From: a virus
Taxonomy: Duplodnaviria > Caudoviricetes
IMG/VR virus record: IMGVR_UViG_3300030095_004611
Span: 1-38,546 of that record
Length of the DNA stretch: 38,546 bases
Reading direction: 5' to 3' (one strand)
Shown: positions 16,778 through 24,919 of the stretch, piece after piece
Numbering within the stretch: position 1 is the stretch's first letter
Layout of the letters: each line of letters starts with the position of its first letter
The notes under the pieces: model-generated
What the model was told of the DNA's origin: nothing
Database searches by the model: none
What the model saw: the letters and a program-made list of their open reading frames with translations, nothing else
Made by a program: the position numbers and the translations under genes

Positions 16778-17461
16778 ATGACCAATCAAATAAAAGATAG
16801 CGAAGATATGCATAAATCAATTACTCAAAAGTTTAATGACCGAGGGGCTTACATTAACGACGGTACAAATCCAAAGCATTCTAATTTTTATAAAACATAC
16901 CCTGAAATTTGCGAGTATTTTTTTGAAAAAGCTGATGGCCCGTGGACCAAATATTATGAGTTAAAGTCTCGCCATTTGAGAAGAGCATATAGAACGACTG
17001 ACAGTTTAGATATTTCTCATTTTATAACTCAAAATCGAACACATGGAATCATTGTTGCTTTTATAATGGAAAGATTCTGGAGAGCAATGAGGAATAAAAC
17101 AGCGCATGTTGGCGTTACCTATGATGAAATTTTTGATGAACTGGGAGATTATAAAAAGCCTACTGAGAGAACAATTAGAAGAATACTTAAACAGGGGAGA
17201 CTGTTAGGTATTTGGGAATATAGAAAAAGCACCTATAACGAGTCTATGCATAAATTTTTTCCAACAAAAAAACTGATTAAATACCAGATAGATTACATGA
17301 GAGCGGAATTTATTTATTATAAGGACAATAATATTCATGATCTTGTAGCCGATTTACACGATCGAATAAAAGAGAAAGAACATTCTGGGCATTCTAACAT
17401 AAATTTAAACTCAGATGCTCCACCGTTAGATCAAATAAAAGGTATTCTTTCTATTGAGTAG
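16778..17461 (+). CDS. Putative winged-helix DNA-binding protein
   Basis: VTYDEIFDEL...PTERTIRRILKQGRLLGIWEY...FFPTKKL; GGAG RBS. Confidence 0.55.
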   Translation: MTNQIKDSEDMHKSITQKFNDRGAYINDGTNPKHSNFYKTYPEICEYFFEKADGPWTKYYELKSRHLRRAYRTTDSLDISHFITQNRTHGIIVAFIMERFWRAMRNKTAHVGVTYDEIFDELGDYKKPTERTIRRILKQGRLLGIWEYRKSTYNESMHKFFPTKKLIKYQIDYMRAEFIYYKDNNIHDLVADLHDRIKEKEHSGHSNINLNSDAPPLDQIKGILSIE

Positions 17462-17508
17462 AAATTATTTCCAGACTGGTAGTTTTTGCTAATCTGGAAA
17501 GAATTTCT
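17460..17508. other. Long imperfect hairpin (terminator or processing site)
   Basis: AGAAATT-A-TTTCCAGA...TCTGGAAA-G-AATTTCT. Confidence 0.5.
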
Positions 17509-17574
17509 TATCGTTTTTAAAGACTCTATTAAGGTTTTATGGGATTCTTTTTAAGAACTATTACGGAGATTCCC

Positions 17575-17778
17575 ATGAATACAATAAGCGAAAGAGAAGA
17601 ACAGCATGAAAGCTTTCACACATCAAAGTATCGGGGATTACTTGTTACAATTGATGATCATGGTGAATTTCTTATATCAACTATTGGCAATATTGATCAC
17701 GAAGGTGCAAAAGAATTACTTCAAAGTTGCCTTGACTCAATTATTTTGGATGAGGAGACATACAACAGGGAACATTAA
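17575..17778 (+). CDS. Hypothetical protein
   Basis: GGAG RBS before ATG 17575; TAATG coupling to terL. Confidence 0.55.
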   Translation: MNTISEREEQHESFHTSKYRGLLVTIDDHGEFLISTIGNIDHEGAKELLQSCLDSIILDEETYNREH

Positions 17779-19307
17779 TGCCTAAATTTGATTATAAACC
17801 TGATGGCGAGGTTATAAAAAAATTTTTAAGAGATGATCAATTTGTAAGAGGTATTCGTGGCCCTGTTGGATCTGGCAAATCAGTTGCTTGTTGCGTAGAG
17901 ATATTTCGAAGAGCTTGCGAACAAGCTCCTTCAACAGATGGTATAAGATACACCAAATGGGCTGTCGTCCGAAATACTAACCCAGAGCTTAGAACAACGA
18001 CTATTGCAACATGGCTCCAATGGTTTCCAGAAGCCGAGTGGGGTAAGTTTAGGTGGTCGCCACCTTACACCCACCACATTAAAAGGGGAGATATAGATTT
18101 AGAAGTAATTTTTCTTCCCCTAGATACCCCTGAAGACGTGAAAAAATTACTGAGCCTCGAAGTGACTGGCGTTTGGTGCAATGAGGCTCGGGAATTGCCC
18201 AAAAGTATTATTGACGGAGCAACCAGTAGGGTCGGGAGATATCCCTCCAAGAAAGATGGCGTGGGTGCGACATGGCATGGCGTTATACTGGATACAAACG
18301 CTCCAGAAACAGAGCATTGGTGGCCTATTATGTCGGGGGAAACACCCTTGCCTGATCACATTACCAGAGAACAGGCTTTAATGCTGGTAAAACCTGATAA
18401 CTGGAAGTTTTATACCCAACCTGCTGGCATGGTAGAAATCAGGGACGGCAAAGGCGAACTTTGTGCATATGAAATGAATAATGATTGTGAGAACTTTGAG
18501 AATCTGATTCCGACTTATTATGAAAACATGATCAGAGGAAAGACAAAAAGCTGGATAGATGTTTACGTACTTAATCGCCTTGGTACTGTCGAAGAAGGGA
18601 AGCCCGTATATCAAGGCTTTACGGAAAAAACGCATGTGGCAACGGAGCCTTTACTGCCTGCTGATGGTATTCCTCTTATTATCGGCCTTGACTTTGGTTT
18701 AACGCCAAGTGCTGCTTTTTGCCAGAGACTTTCCAATGGAAGATGGATGATATTGCGCGAACTTGTGGCGCAGGATATGGGCACGATAAGATTTGCGGAA
18801 GAGCTTAGAGTAACCCTCCAAAGATATTATCCAGATCATGATTATACAATCTATGGAGATCCGTCAGGCGATTTTAGGGCACAGACAGATGAAAGCACCC
18901 CGTTTGATATATTGAGGGGCGCAGGTATAAAAGCACTTCCAGCTCCTAGCAACGATCCTGTCATTCGCGTTGAAAGCGTAAACTCTGTTTTGATGCGTAT
19001 GGTAGATGGTGATGCTGGATTTCTTCTTGATCCCGAAAATTGTTCTACTTTGAAGACAGGATTCTTGGGTGGGTATCATTATCGCAGAATGCAAGTTACA
19101 GGCGAAAGATTTGATGACAGGCCGAATAAAAATAAGTTTTCCCACATACACGATGCTTTGCAATATGCCATAATCGGGGCTGGTGAAGGACGTAATATCA
19201 TCCGTGGCTCAAAGCCTTTAAAACCTTTTACTGCAAAACGCGATTTTAACGTGTTTGGAAGAATGAAGAAAAGGCTGGCAGGAAGCCGAGGCTCGAAGGC
19301 TGTATGA
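17778..19307 (+). CDS. terL: Terminase large subunit
   Basis: Walker A GPVGSGKS, Walker B WCNEARE, DTN, nuclease GLDFG and HIHDALQY. Confidence 0.95.
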   Translation: MPKFDYKPDGEVIKKFLRDDQFVRGIRGPVGSGKSVACCVEIFRRACEQAPSTDGIRYTKWAVVRNTNPELRTTTIATWLQWFPEAEWGKFRWSPPYTHHIKRGDIDLEVIFLPLDTPEDVKKLLSLEVTGVWCNEARELPKSIIDGATSRVGRYPSKKDGVGATWHGVILDTNAPETEHWWPIMSGETPLPDHITREQALMLVKPDNWKFYTQPAGMVEIRDGKGELCAYEMNNDCENFENLIPTYYENMIRGKTKSWIDVYVLNRLGTVEEGKPVYQGFTEKTHVATEPLLPADGIPLIIGLDFGLTPSAAFCQRLSNGRWMILRELVAQDMGTIRFAEELRVTLQRYYPDHDYTIYGDPSGDFRAQTDESTPFDILRGAGIKALPAPSNDPVIRVESVNSVLMRMVDGDAGFLLDPENCSTLKTGFLGGYHYRRMQVTGERFDDRPNKNKFSHIHDALQYAIIGAGEGRNIIRGSKPLKPFTAKRDFNVFGRMKKRLAGSRGSKAV

Positions 19308-19747
19308 AGGTGTCTGTCGATCCACGCCTGAAAGTGTGGTTTGTCGCTTTTACTGACAATGCCAATTACCGTTTCTGGTTTTCCCCTCTTCTCAGAAAAG
19401 GATTTGCCCATTGTTATGCTTTTACTTTTGACGCTGATGCGAATAGATGGATTTTATATGATCCTACATGGTCTGGAACAACGATTAGATGTTTTACTCA
19501 TACTCACATGGAACAGATTATGGCTGAAATAAGAAAGAGCGATATTATTTTACAGGTCAAAGTAAAGGACGAGCCGTTTATGATGCGTCATTTTCAAAAC
19601 TGCGCCAGTTTAATTGGCAACATGCTTGGCGTTAATTTATTTATTCCGACACCATGGCGTCTCTTTTGTGCATTGAGAAAAAATGGTGGACAGTTCAGTT
19701 TTCTAACTTCAGTAAAGTTGGAGAATGAATATGGGCGCAGTAGCTAA
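19304..19747 (+). CDS. Permuted papain/NlpC-P60-like protein
   Basis: GFAHC precedes QNCASL...TPWRL (His before Cys). Confidence 0.45.
   Translation: MKVSVDPRLKVWFVAFTDNANYRFWFSPLLRKGFAHCYAFTFDADANRWILYDPTWSGTTIRCFTHTHMEQIMAEIRKSDIILQVKVKDEPFMMRHFQNCASLIGNMLGVNLFIPTPWRLFCALRKNGGQFSFLTSVKLENEYGRSS
19664..19680 (+). promoter_or_regulatory. Putative late-promoter motif
   Basis: TTTTGTGCATTGAGAAA, identical to 23015-23031. Confidence 0.55.
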
Positions 19748-19979
19748 AATATTTTCGCCAAAGCCACCAAAAGCGGTAGGGCCAGATCCCCAGATTGCAA
19801 AAGATCTTGCAAACGCGAGAGCCGCTGAAGCAAAGCGTAAAACGGATGCAGATAATTTAGCTAAAAGTGAAGCAGAGGCACGGGAGCGTGGTAAACGTGG
19901 AAGACGGTCTTTGTTTTCATCAGCCAATACTGGTGCAGGTTTTGATGAGCTTGATGACAAGAGTAATACCCTCGGATAA
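19725..19979 (+). CDS. Small pre-portal virion protein
   Basis: MG...SPKPPK...RGRRSL...TLG, typical of the gene before podovirus portals. Confidence 0.7.
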   Translation: MNMGAVAKIFSPKPPKAVGPDPQIAKDLANARAAEAKRKTDADNLAKSEAEARERGKRGRRSLFSSANTGAGFDELDDKSNTLG

Positions 19980-21550
19980 TGGCATACTCGGACACATCCC
20001 TTGCAGAAGGCGAAAAACTTAAATCTATATTAAAACGTTTTCACGCGCATAATAATACTCGGGATGGTTGGGTAGAAACATGGCAAGACTGCTATGATTA
20101 TGCCATGCCAAACCGAACAGGGTTTTATGCTCATGTTGCAGGTCAAAAAAACACTGATCTTATTTTTGATTCAACAGCGGTTATTGCTGTACAGGAGTTT
20201 GCCTCTCGAATGCAGGCAGGTCTAACACCGCCTTTTGCAAAGTGGTTTGAATTACAAGCTGGCTCCGAAGTCCCTAAAGAGCAAAAGTCTGAAGTCAATC
20301 GTCAGCTCGAAGAGATCGCTCTCTACGCTTGGGAGGTGTTACAAGCTTCCAATCTGGATCAGGAACTCCATGAAGGTTATGTAGATTTGACAGTGGGAAC
20401 AGGAGCACTACTTGTCGAAGAGGGCGATGCTATTAACCCAATTAAGTTTACGGCTATACCTCAGACACAACTGGTATTGGGCGAAGGTCCGTTTGGAAAG
20501 ATTGACCCTGTATATCGAACCCGTGAAATGACGCTTGAAAGCATTATGGTAACATGGCCCAAAGCCAACATACCTGATGAAATGTATCGAGCCGCAAAAG
20601 AAACAGAGCAACGCAAATTTCAAATCCTTGAATGTTTAAAGCGTGATTGGATGAGCAAAGGTACAGAGAAATACAATTTCCATGTTGTCTGTGTAAAACC
20701 AGAAGCTCTCTTATTTGAATCAGAGTTTAAAGGTGATGGCTCTCTCCCCGTCATACCTTTCAGGTGGTCTAAAGCTGCTGGAGAAATCTATGGCAGAGGA
20801 CCCCTGTTAAATTCGCTCCCAGATGTCAAAACATTAAACATGACAGTGGAGCTTGTTTTACAAAATGCAGAGATCGCTGTGTCAGGCATGTGGCAAGGTG
20901 ACGATGACGGCATGATCAATCCAGATACAATTGAACTTGTTCCAGGGTCTATTATTCCTCGTGCTCCTGGATCGAAAGGATTAGAGCCTTTAAACGCCCC
21001 AGGAAAATTTGATGTTGGTCAATTTATTCTTGATGACATGCGCAATACAGTAAAGAAAGCTCTGTTTAATGAAAGCCTCGGTGCGCCAGAAGGAACGCCA
21101 ATGAGCGCAACTGAAGTCCATGAACGCATGGCTGATCTTGCACGTACAATTGGATCAGCTTACGGAAGATTGCACACGGAAATGGTAACGCCTCTGCTTC
21201 GTCGTGTGCTCTATATTTTAAAAAAGCAGGGACGCATTAACATTCCCCTTGTCAATGGACGTGAAGTTAAAGTTGTCAATATCTCACCTTTGGCTCAAGC
21301 ACAGCATAATGAAAATGTTGCTCGTGTTGCCCGAACGGGAGAATTGATGAACGCTATCTTTGGTCCTCAAGTCACGGGGCTTGTAATGAAGGCAGAAGAA
21401 GTCGGAGCCTATATTGGTGGCGAAATCGGAGTGCCTGATAAACTACTACGTAATGAGACTGAACGCGAACAAATGGCCCAAGCTATTGCCCAGACTGCTC
21501 AACAAAGCCAAGAGCAGAACGGTGATATGGGCGGCTTATTAGGAGGCTAA
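19979..21550 (+). CDS. Portal (head-tail connector), T7 gp8-like
   Basis: FDSTA, GLTPPFAKWF, RWSKAAGEIYGRGP, MSATEV, ISPLAQAQ. Confidence 0.93.
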   Translation: MAYSDTSLAEGEKLKSILKRFHAHNNTRDGWVETWQDCYDYAMPNRTGFYAHVAGQKNTDLIFDSTAVIAVQEFASRMQAGLTPPFAKWFELQAGSEVPKEQKSEVNRQLEEIALYAWEVLQASNLDQELHEGYVDLTVGTGALLVEEGDAINPIKFTAIPQTQLVLGEGPFGKIDPVYRTREMTLESIMVTWPKANIPDEMYRAAKETEQRKFQILECLKRDWMSKGTEKYNFHVVCVKPEALLFESEFKGDGSLPVIPFRWSKAAGEIYGRGPLLNSLPDVKTLNMTVELVLQNAEIAVSGMWQGDDDGMINPDTIELVPGSIIPRAPGSKGLEPLNAPGKFDVGQFILDDMRNTVKKALFNESLGAPEGTPMSATEVHERMADLARTIGSAYGRLHTEMVTPLLRRVLYILKKQGRINIPLVNGREVKVVNISPLAQAQHNENVARVARTGELMNAIFGPQVTGLVMKAEEVGAYIGGEIGVPDKLLRNETEREQMAQAIAQTAQQSQEQNGDMGGLLGG

Positions 21551-21551
21551 A

Positions 21552-21803
21552 ATGGCTAAAAAACGTACGGAAGTAAGAAGTGTACCTAAAAGATCAGCAT
21601 GGAAAAGAGTGGAAGATGCAACTACTGCTCAAATTTTTGCTATTAAATCTTTGTTTGGAGCAAAACCAAGTAAACGTGAAACCAGAGCAATATCTGCTGG
21701 AATTATGTCTGGCGATTTAAAGAAAAAACCATTCACAAAACATATTGGTGGATCAAAGTATAACAGAGGTCGCAATCCAACAAAATCTATGTCTAGGAAA
21801 TAA
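21552..21803 (+). CDS. Basic hypothetical protein
   Basis: GGAGG RBS; K/R-rich. Confidence 0.6.
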   Translation: MAKKRTEVRSVPKRSAWKRVEDATTAQIFAIKSLFGAKPSKRETRAISAGIMSGDLKKKPFTKHIGGSKYNRGRNPTKSMSRK

Positions 21804-21804
21804 A

Positions 21805-21840
21805 ATGGCAAAAAAACGTAAAGGCGGTAAACGCTATTGA
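21805..21840 (+). CDS. Putative 11-aa basic peptide MAKKRKGGKRY
   Basis: AGGA RBS; stop overlaps the TTG start of the next gene. Confidence 0.45.
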   Translation: MAKKRKGGKRY

Positions 21841-22118
21841 TTCAAAAAAAGGTTGGCAGAGCAGTCGGTCCTGATGGGGTCACAAGAACACCACAGGCTG
21901 AACAGAAAATAAACGAAGTTCTCTTTAATACGTTTAGAGGAGAAGCCGCAGATGTGGCCCTCGATTATTTGCGCTCAATATCAGTCCAAATGGTAAATGG
22001 CCCCGATGCAACAGACGCTCAATTACGGCATCGAGAAGGCATGAGAGATATGATGCGTATTATTCAAACACGTATTTCATATGGTGAGCAATATTATCGT
22101 AAACAAACGGAGAACTAA
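21837..22118 (+). CDS. Bbp19-like protein
   Basis: F...VALDYLRSI...LRHREGMRDMMRII; lies between portal and scaffold. Confidence 0.7.
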   Translation: MIQKKVGRAVGPDGVTRTPQAEQKINEVLFNTFRGEAADVALDYLRSISVQMVNGPDATDAQLRHREGMRDMMRIIQTRISYGEQYYRKQTEN

Positions 22119-22120
22119 AA

Positions 22121-22921
22121 ATGGCAGATGGTGGAGAAGGTGCTGGCGCAAGTGAAGGCGCAAGCGAAGGAAATGCATCAACAGGGGCAGAAATGCCAGC
22201 AGGTGTTCCGTCTAAGTTTTGGAATGCCGATGCAGGAAGCGTTAATTATGAGGCTTGGGGAAAAGCAACTGGTGAGCTTGAAGGGAAACTACGTACTCAA
22301 AAATCAGAATTAACAAAAGAACTATCGGAAAGTTTAAGGGCTGAATGGGATAACGAGCGTTTTGCCAATCGGCCTGAGACTCCGAATGATTATGAAATGA
22401 GAGTTCCTGAAGGTATGGAATTGCCAGAAGGGATGGAATGGGAGTTTAGCGATGATGATCCTATGTTGGGCTGGTGGAAAGAAACTGTACATGAAATGGG
22501 TGGAAACCAAGAAATGTTTGATGCAGGCGTTCAACAATTTATTGAAGCGCAGTTGGGATCGATGCCTGACATTGAAGCAGAAATGGAAGCTCTAGGCGAA
22601 TATGGAGAATCTCGCGTTGAGCGTGTTCAGCTTTGGGCACAAAAAAACCTTAGTGAAGACATGATGCCTGCAATGGCAGAAATGATGAGCAGTGCAAAAA
22701 ACATTGAAGTTGTAGAAGCTATTATGGATAAAATGGGCGAGGCTCCATTTTCTTCCCAAGAAGCAACAGCTTTTGGAAAAGGAGACAGTTATGCCGACCT
22801 CCGCGAAATGCAAAACGATCCAAGATACTGGGACCCGCTTAACCGTGATCGGGCGTTTGTTAAAAAAGTTGAGGACGGGTATCGCCAACTTGAAGAGCAA
22901 GAAAGACGCGGTCGCGGATAA
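22121..22921 (+). CDS. Capsid scaffolding protein
   Basis: Acidic; VPSKFW, PETPNDY, MQNDPRYW...D..FVKKV. Confidence 0.8.
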   Translation: MADGGEGAGASEGASEGNASTGAEMPAGVPSKFWNADAGSVNYEAWGKATGELEGKLRTQKSELTKELSESLRAEWDNERFANRPETPNDYEMRVPEGMELPEGMEWEFSDDDPMLGWWKETVHEMGGNQEMFDAGVQQFIEAQLGSMPDIEAEMEALGEYGESRVERVQLWAQKNLSEDMMPAMAEMMSSAKNIEVVEAIMDKMGEAPFSSQEATAFGKGDSYADLREMQNDPRYWDPLNRDRAFVKKVEDGYRQLEEQERRGRG

Positions 22922-23014
22922 AGCCAAAGCATTACTTTATCTTATGGGCATTGGAGCAGTAGCTGGATTAGGCGTAGCATTCGGCTCTCTTCCTATTGTT
23001 TTGGTTATATTCTT

Positions 23015-23031
23015 TTTTGTGCATTGAGAAA
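23015..23031 (+). promoter_or_regulatory. Putative late-promoter motif (capsid)
   Basis: TTTTGTGCATTGAGAAA. Confidence 0.55.
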
Positions 23032-23064
23032 TAAACTAAACTATAGAATTTTAAGGTAGCAGAT

Positions 23065-23136
23065 ACGGCCCTATTCGCTTCGGATCGGCCCCTTTTAGGC
23101 ATAACCGAAATTCTCCGTAAGCAATGGCACAACCGT
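23065..23136 (+). promoter_or_regulatory. Structured 5' leader of the capsid gene
   Basis: Nested stem with two copies of CGGCCC / GGCAYAACCG. Confidence 0.6.
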
Positions 23137-23181
23137 TCAGCGATGAACCAGTGTTTTTTGTTTAACTAAGAGGATTAGATT

Positions 23182-24000
23182 ATGTCTACTTCAATTTCAA
23201 CCGCGTTTATACGCCAATTCGAAAGTGATGTGCATGTTGCATATCAACGTTTCGGCACAAAACTACGTAGTACCATTAGACGTAAAGTACAAGTAGAGGG
23301 TGAAGATGTTCGCTTTCAAAAGTATGGAACGGGTACAGCGTCTACAAAGTCACGTCATGGCGATGTTCCTTTAATGAATGTTAGTCATACAACTGTGGAT
23401 TGTACACTTTCAGACCATTATGCCGCAGAATATATCGATGATTTAGATATGCTCAAAACCAACATCGATGAGCGATCTCTTGCCGCTCAAGCTGGTGCTG
23501 GCGCATTGGGAAGAAAGACAGACAGTCTTATTACGACCCAGATGGACACAGCAACTCAAACAATTGCTCACGGTTCTGCTGGAATGACAAAAGCCAAAGC
23601 CTACACTGCTTTTGAAACACTTGGAAATAACGATGTTCCTGATGACGGACAGCGTTTCTTTGTTGTTTCCCATGCAGGTTGGACAGACCTTCTTGATGTA
23701 GATCAGTTTTCAAATGCTGATTACATAGGTCAATCAGAGCTTCCATTTAACGGCATGACTGCCAAACGATGGATGGGCTTTCTCTGGTTTACGTTCTCAG
23801 GGCTTGATGTTGCGTCAAACATCCGCAAATGCTTTGCCTACCATACGACTTCTATGGGTCATGGCATTGGTAAGGATGTATCTCAGGATATTACTTGGGA
23901 TGGTCGTAAACAGGCACACTTGGTTGTCAATAAGATGAGCCAAGGTTCTGTACTCGTTGATGCAAACGGCATCATCGAAGTTTCAATTTCTGAAGCGTAA
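23182..24000 (+). CDS. Major capsid protein
   Basis: MSTSISTAFIRQFESDVHVAYQR, ALGRKTD, VPDDGQRF; follows the scaffold. Confidence 0.9.
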   Translation: MSTSISTAFIRQFESDVHVAYQRFGTKLRSTIRRKVQVEGEDVRFQKYGTGTASTKSRHGDVPLMNVSHTTVDCTLSDHYAAEYIDDLDMLKTNIDERSLAAQAGAGALGRKTDSLITTQMDTATQTIAHGSAGMTKAKAYTAFETLGNNDVPDDGQRFFVVSHAGWTDLLDVDQFSNADYIGQSELPFNGMTAKRWMGFLWFTFSGLDVASNIRKCFAYHTTSMGHGIGKDVSQDITWDGRKQAHLVVNKMSQGSVLVDANGIIEVSISEA

Positions 24001-24014
24001 GAAAGGATTAAAGA

Positions 24015-24281
24015 ATGGCTTATGCATCTTCTGGACTTGGAATGTTGGCAACTAGTGATGGATGGACTTTATGGCTCTATAAAACGACGGATGCCATTGC
24101 TACTGTCAATAGCGCTGGGTATTTTACAGGTGACTCGGTAAACATGCTCAAAGTTCGAGACATGATTATCGTTGCAGATACCAACGTTCCAACAACCAAC
24201 TTTGTAACTGTTTTAAGCAATGATGGCTCGACCGTCGACGTCAGTGACGGAACTGCCGTAGCTGAAACGGACGGAGACTGA
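24015..24281 (+). CDS. Capsid decoration/minor capsid protein
   Basis: YKTTDAIATVNSAGYF; between the capsid gene and a terminator. Confidence 0.6.
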   Translation: MAYASSGLGMLATSDGWTLWLYKTTDAIATVNSAGYFTGDSVNMLKVRDMIIVADTNVPTTNFVTVLSNDGSTVDVSDGTAVAETDGD

Positions 24282-24287
24282 GTGATT

Positions 24288-24322
24288 GAATACGGGGGTG
24301 GGGCAACCCACCTCCTATTCTT
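24288..24322 (+). terminator. Terminator-like hairpin after the capsid genes
   Basis: GGGGGTGGG-GCAA-CCCACCTCC with a short T tail (probably leaky). Confidence 0.65.
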
Positions 24323-24337
24323 GATTAAGAGGTTTAG

Positions 24338-24919
24338 ATGTCGTTAACCGATATTGATGTTGCATCACAGGCACTTGTTCTTATCGGTGCTAATCCGATT
24401 TCCGATTTTGAAAGCGGCAGTACGGAAGCTCTTGTTGCCAATAATATTTACGAAACAATTGTAGAGTCAGCGTTAACAAGATCACGTTGGCGTTTTGCGT
24501 CTGGTCAGGTCACTTTGTCGCGTCTTACAAATACACCTGTTGCCAGATATGATTCCGCATATCAAAAACCAACCAGCCCTAAAATGCTGGCACTTCACGC
24601 AGTATTGGTAAACAGTGTTAATATTGAGTTTGATATCTATGAAGACAAAATCTTTACCAATGCATCTGAAGATGATGTTGTAACTCTAGACTATACATAC
24701 CGATCTGCCACAATTGATTGGCCCCCTTATTTTGTTCGTGCCTTAATTTATGATCTTGCTGGCGTGTTTGCTGGGTCAATTGCTCAAAAAGGAGATCTTG
24801 CAGACCACTATGAAAACCGTGGTGAATTTTATTATAAAAAAGCTGCAAATATTGAATCTCAACAGCGCACAACTCGCGCTATTAATACACGTAAAAACTT
24901 AATTAATTCGAGGTTCTAA
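24338..24919 (+). CDS. Tail tubular protein A / adaptor (gp11-like)
   Basis: IDVASQALVLIGANPI, WRFA, WPPYFVRALIYDLA. Confidence 0.85.
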   Translation: MSLTDIDVASQALVLIGANPISDFESGSTEALVANNIYETIVESALTRSRWRFASGQVTLSRLTNTPVARYDSAYQKPTSPKMLALHAVLVNSVNIEFDIYEDKIFTNASEDDVVTLDYTYRSATIDWPPYFVRALIYDLAGVFAGSIAQKGDLADHYENRGEFYYKKAANIESQQRTTRAINTRKNLINSRF

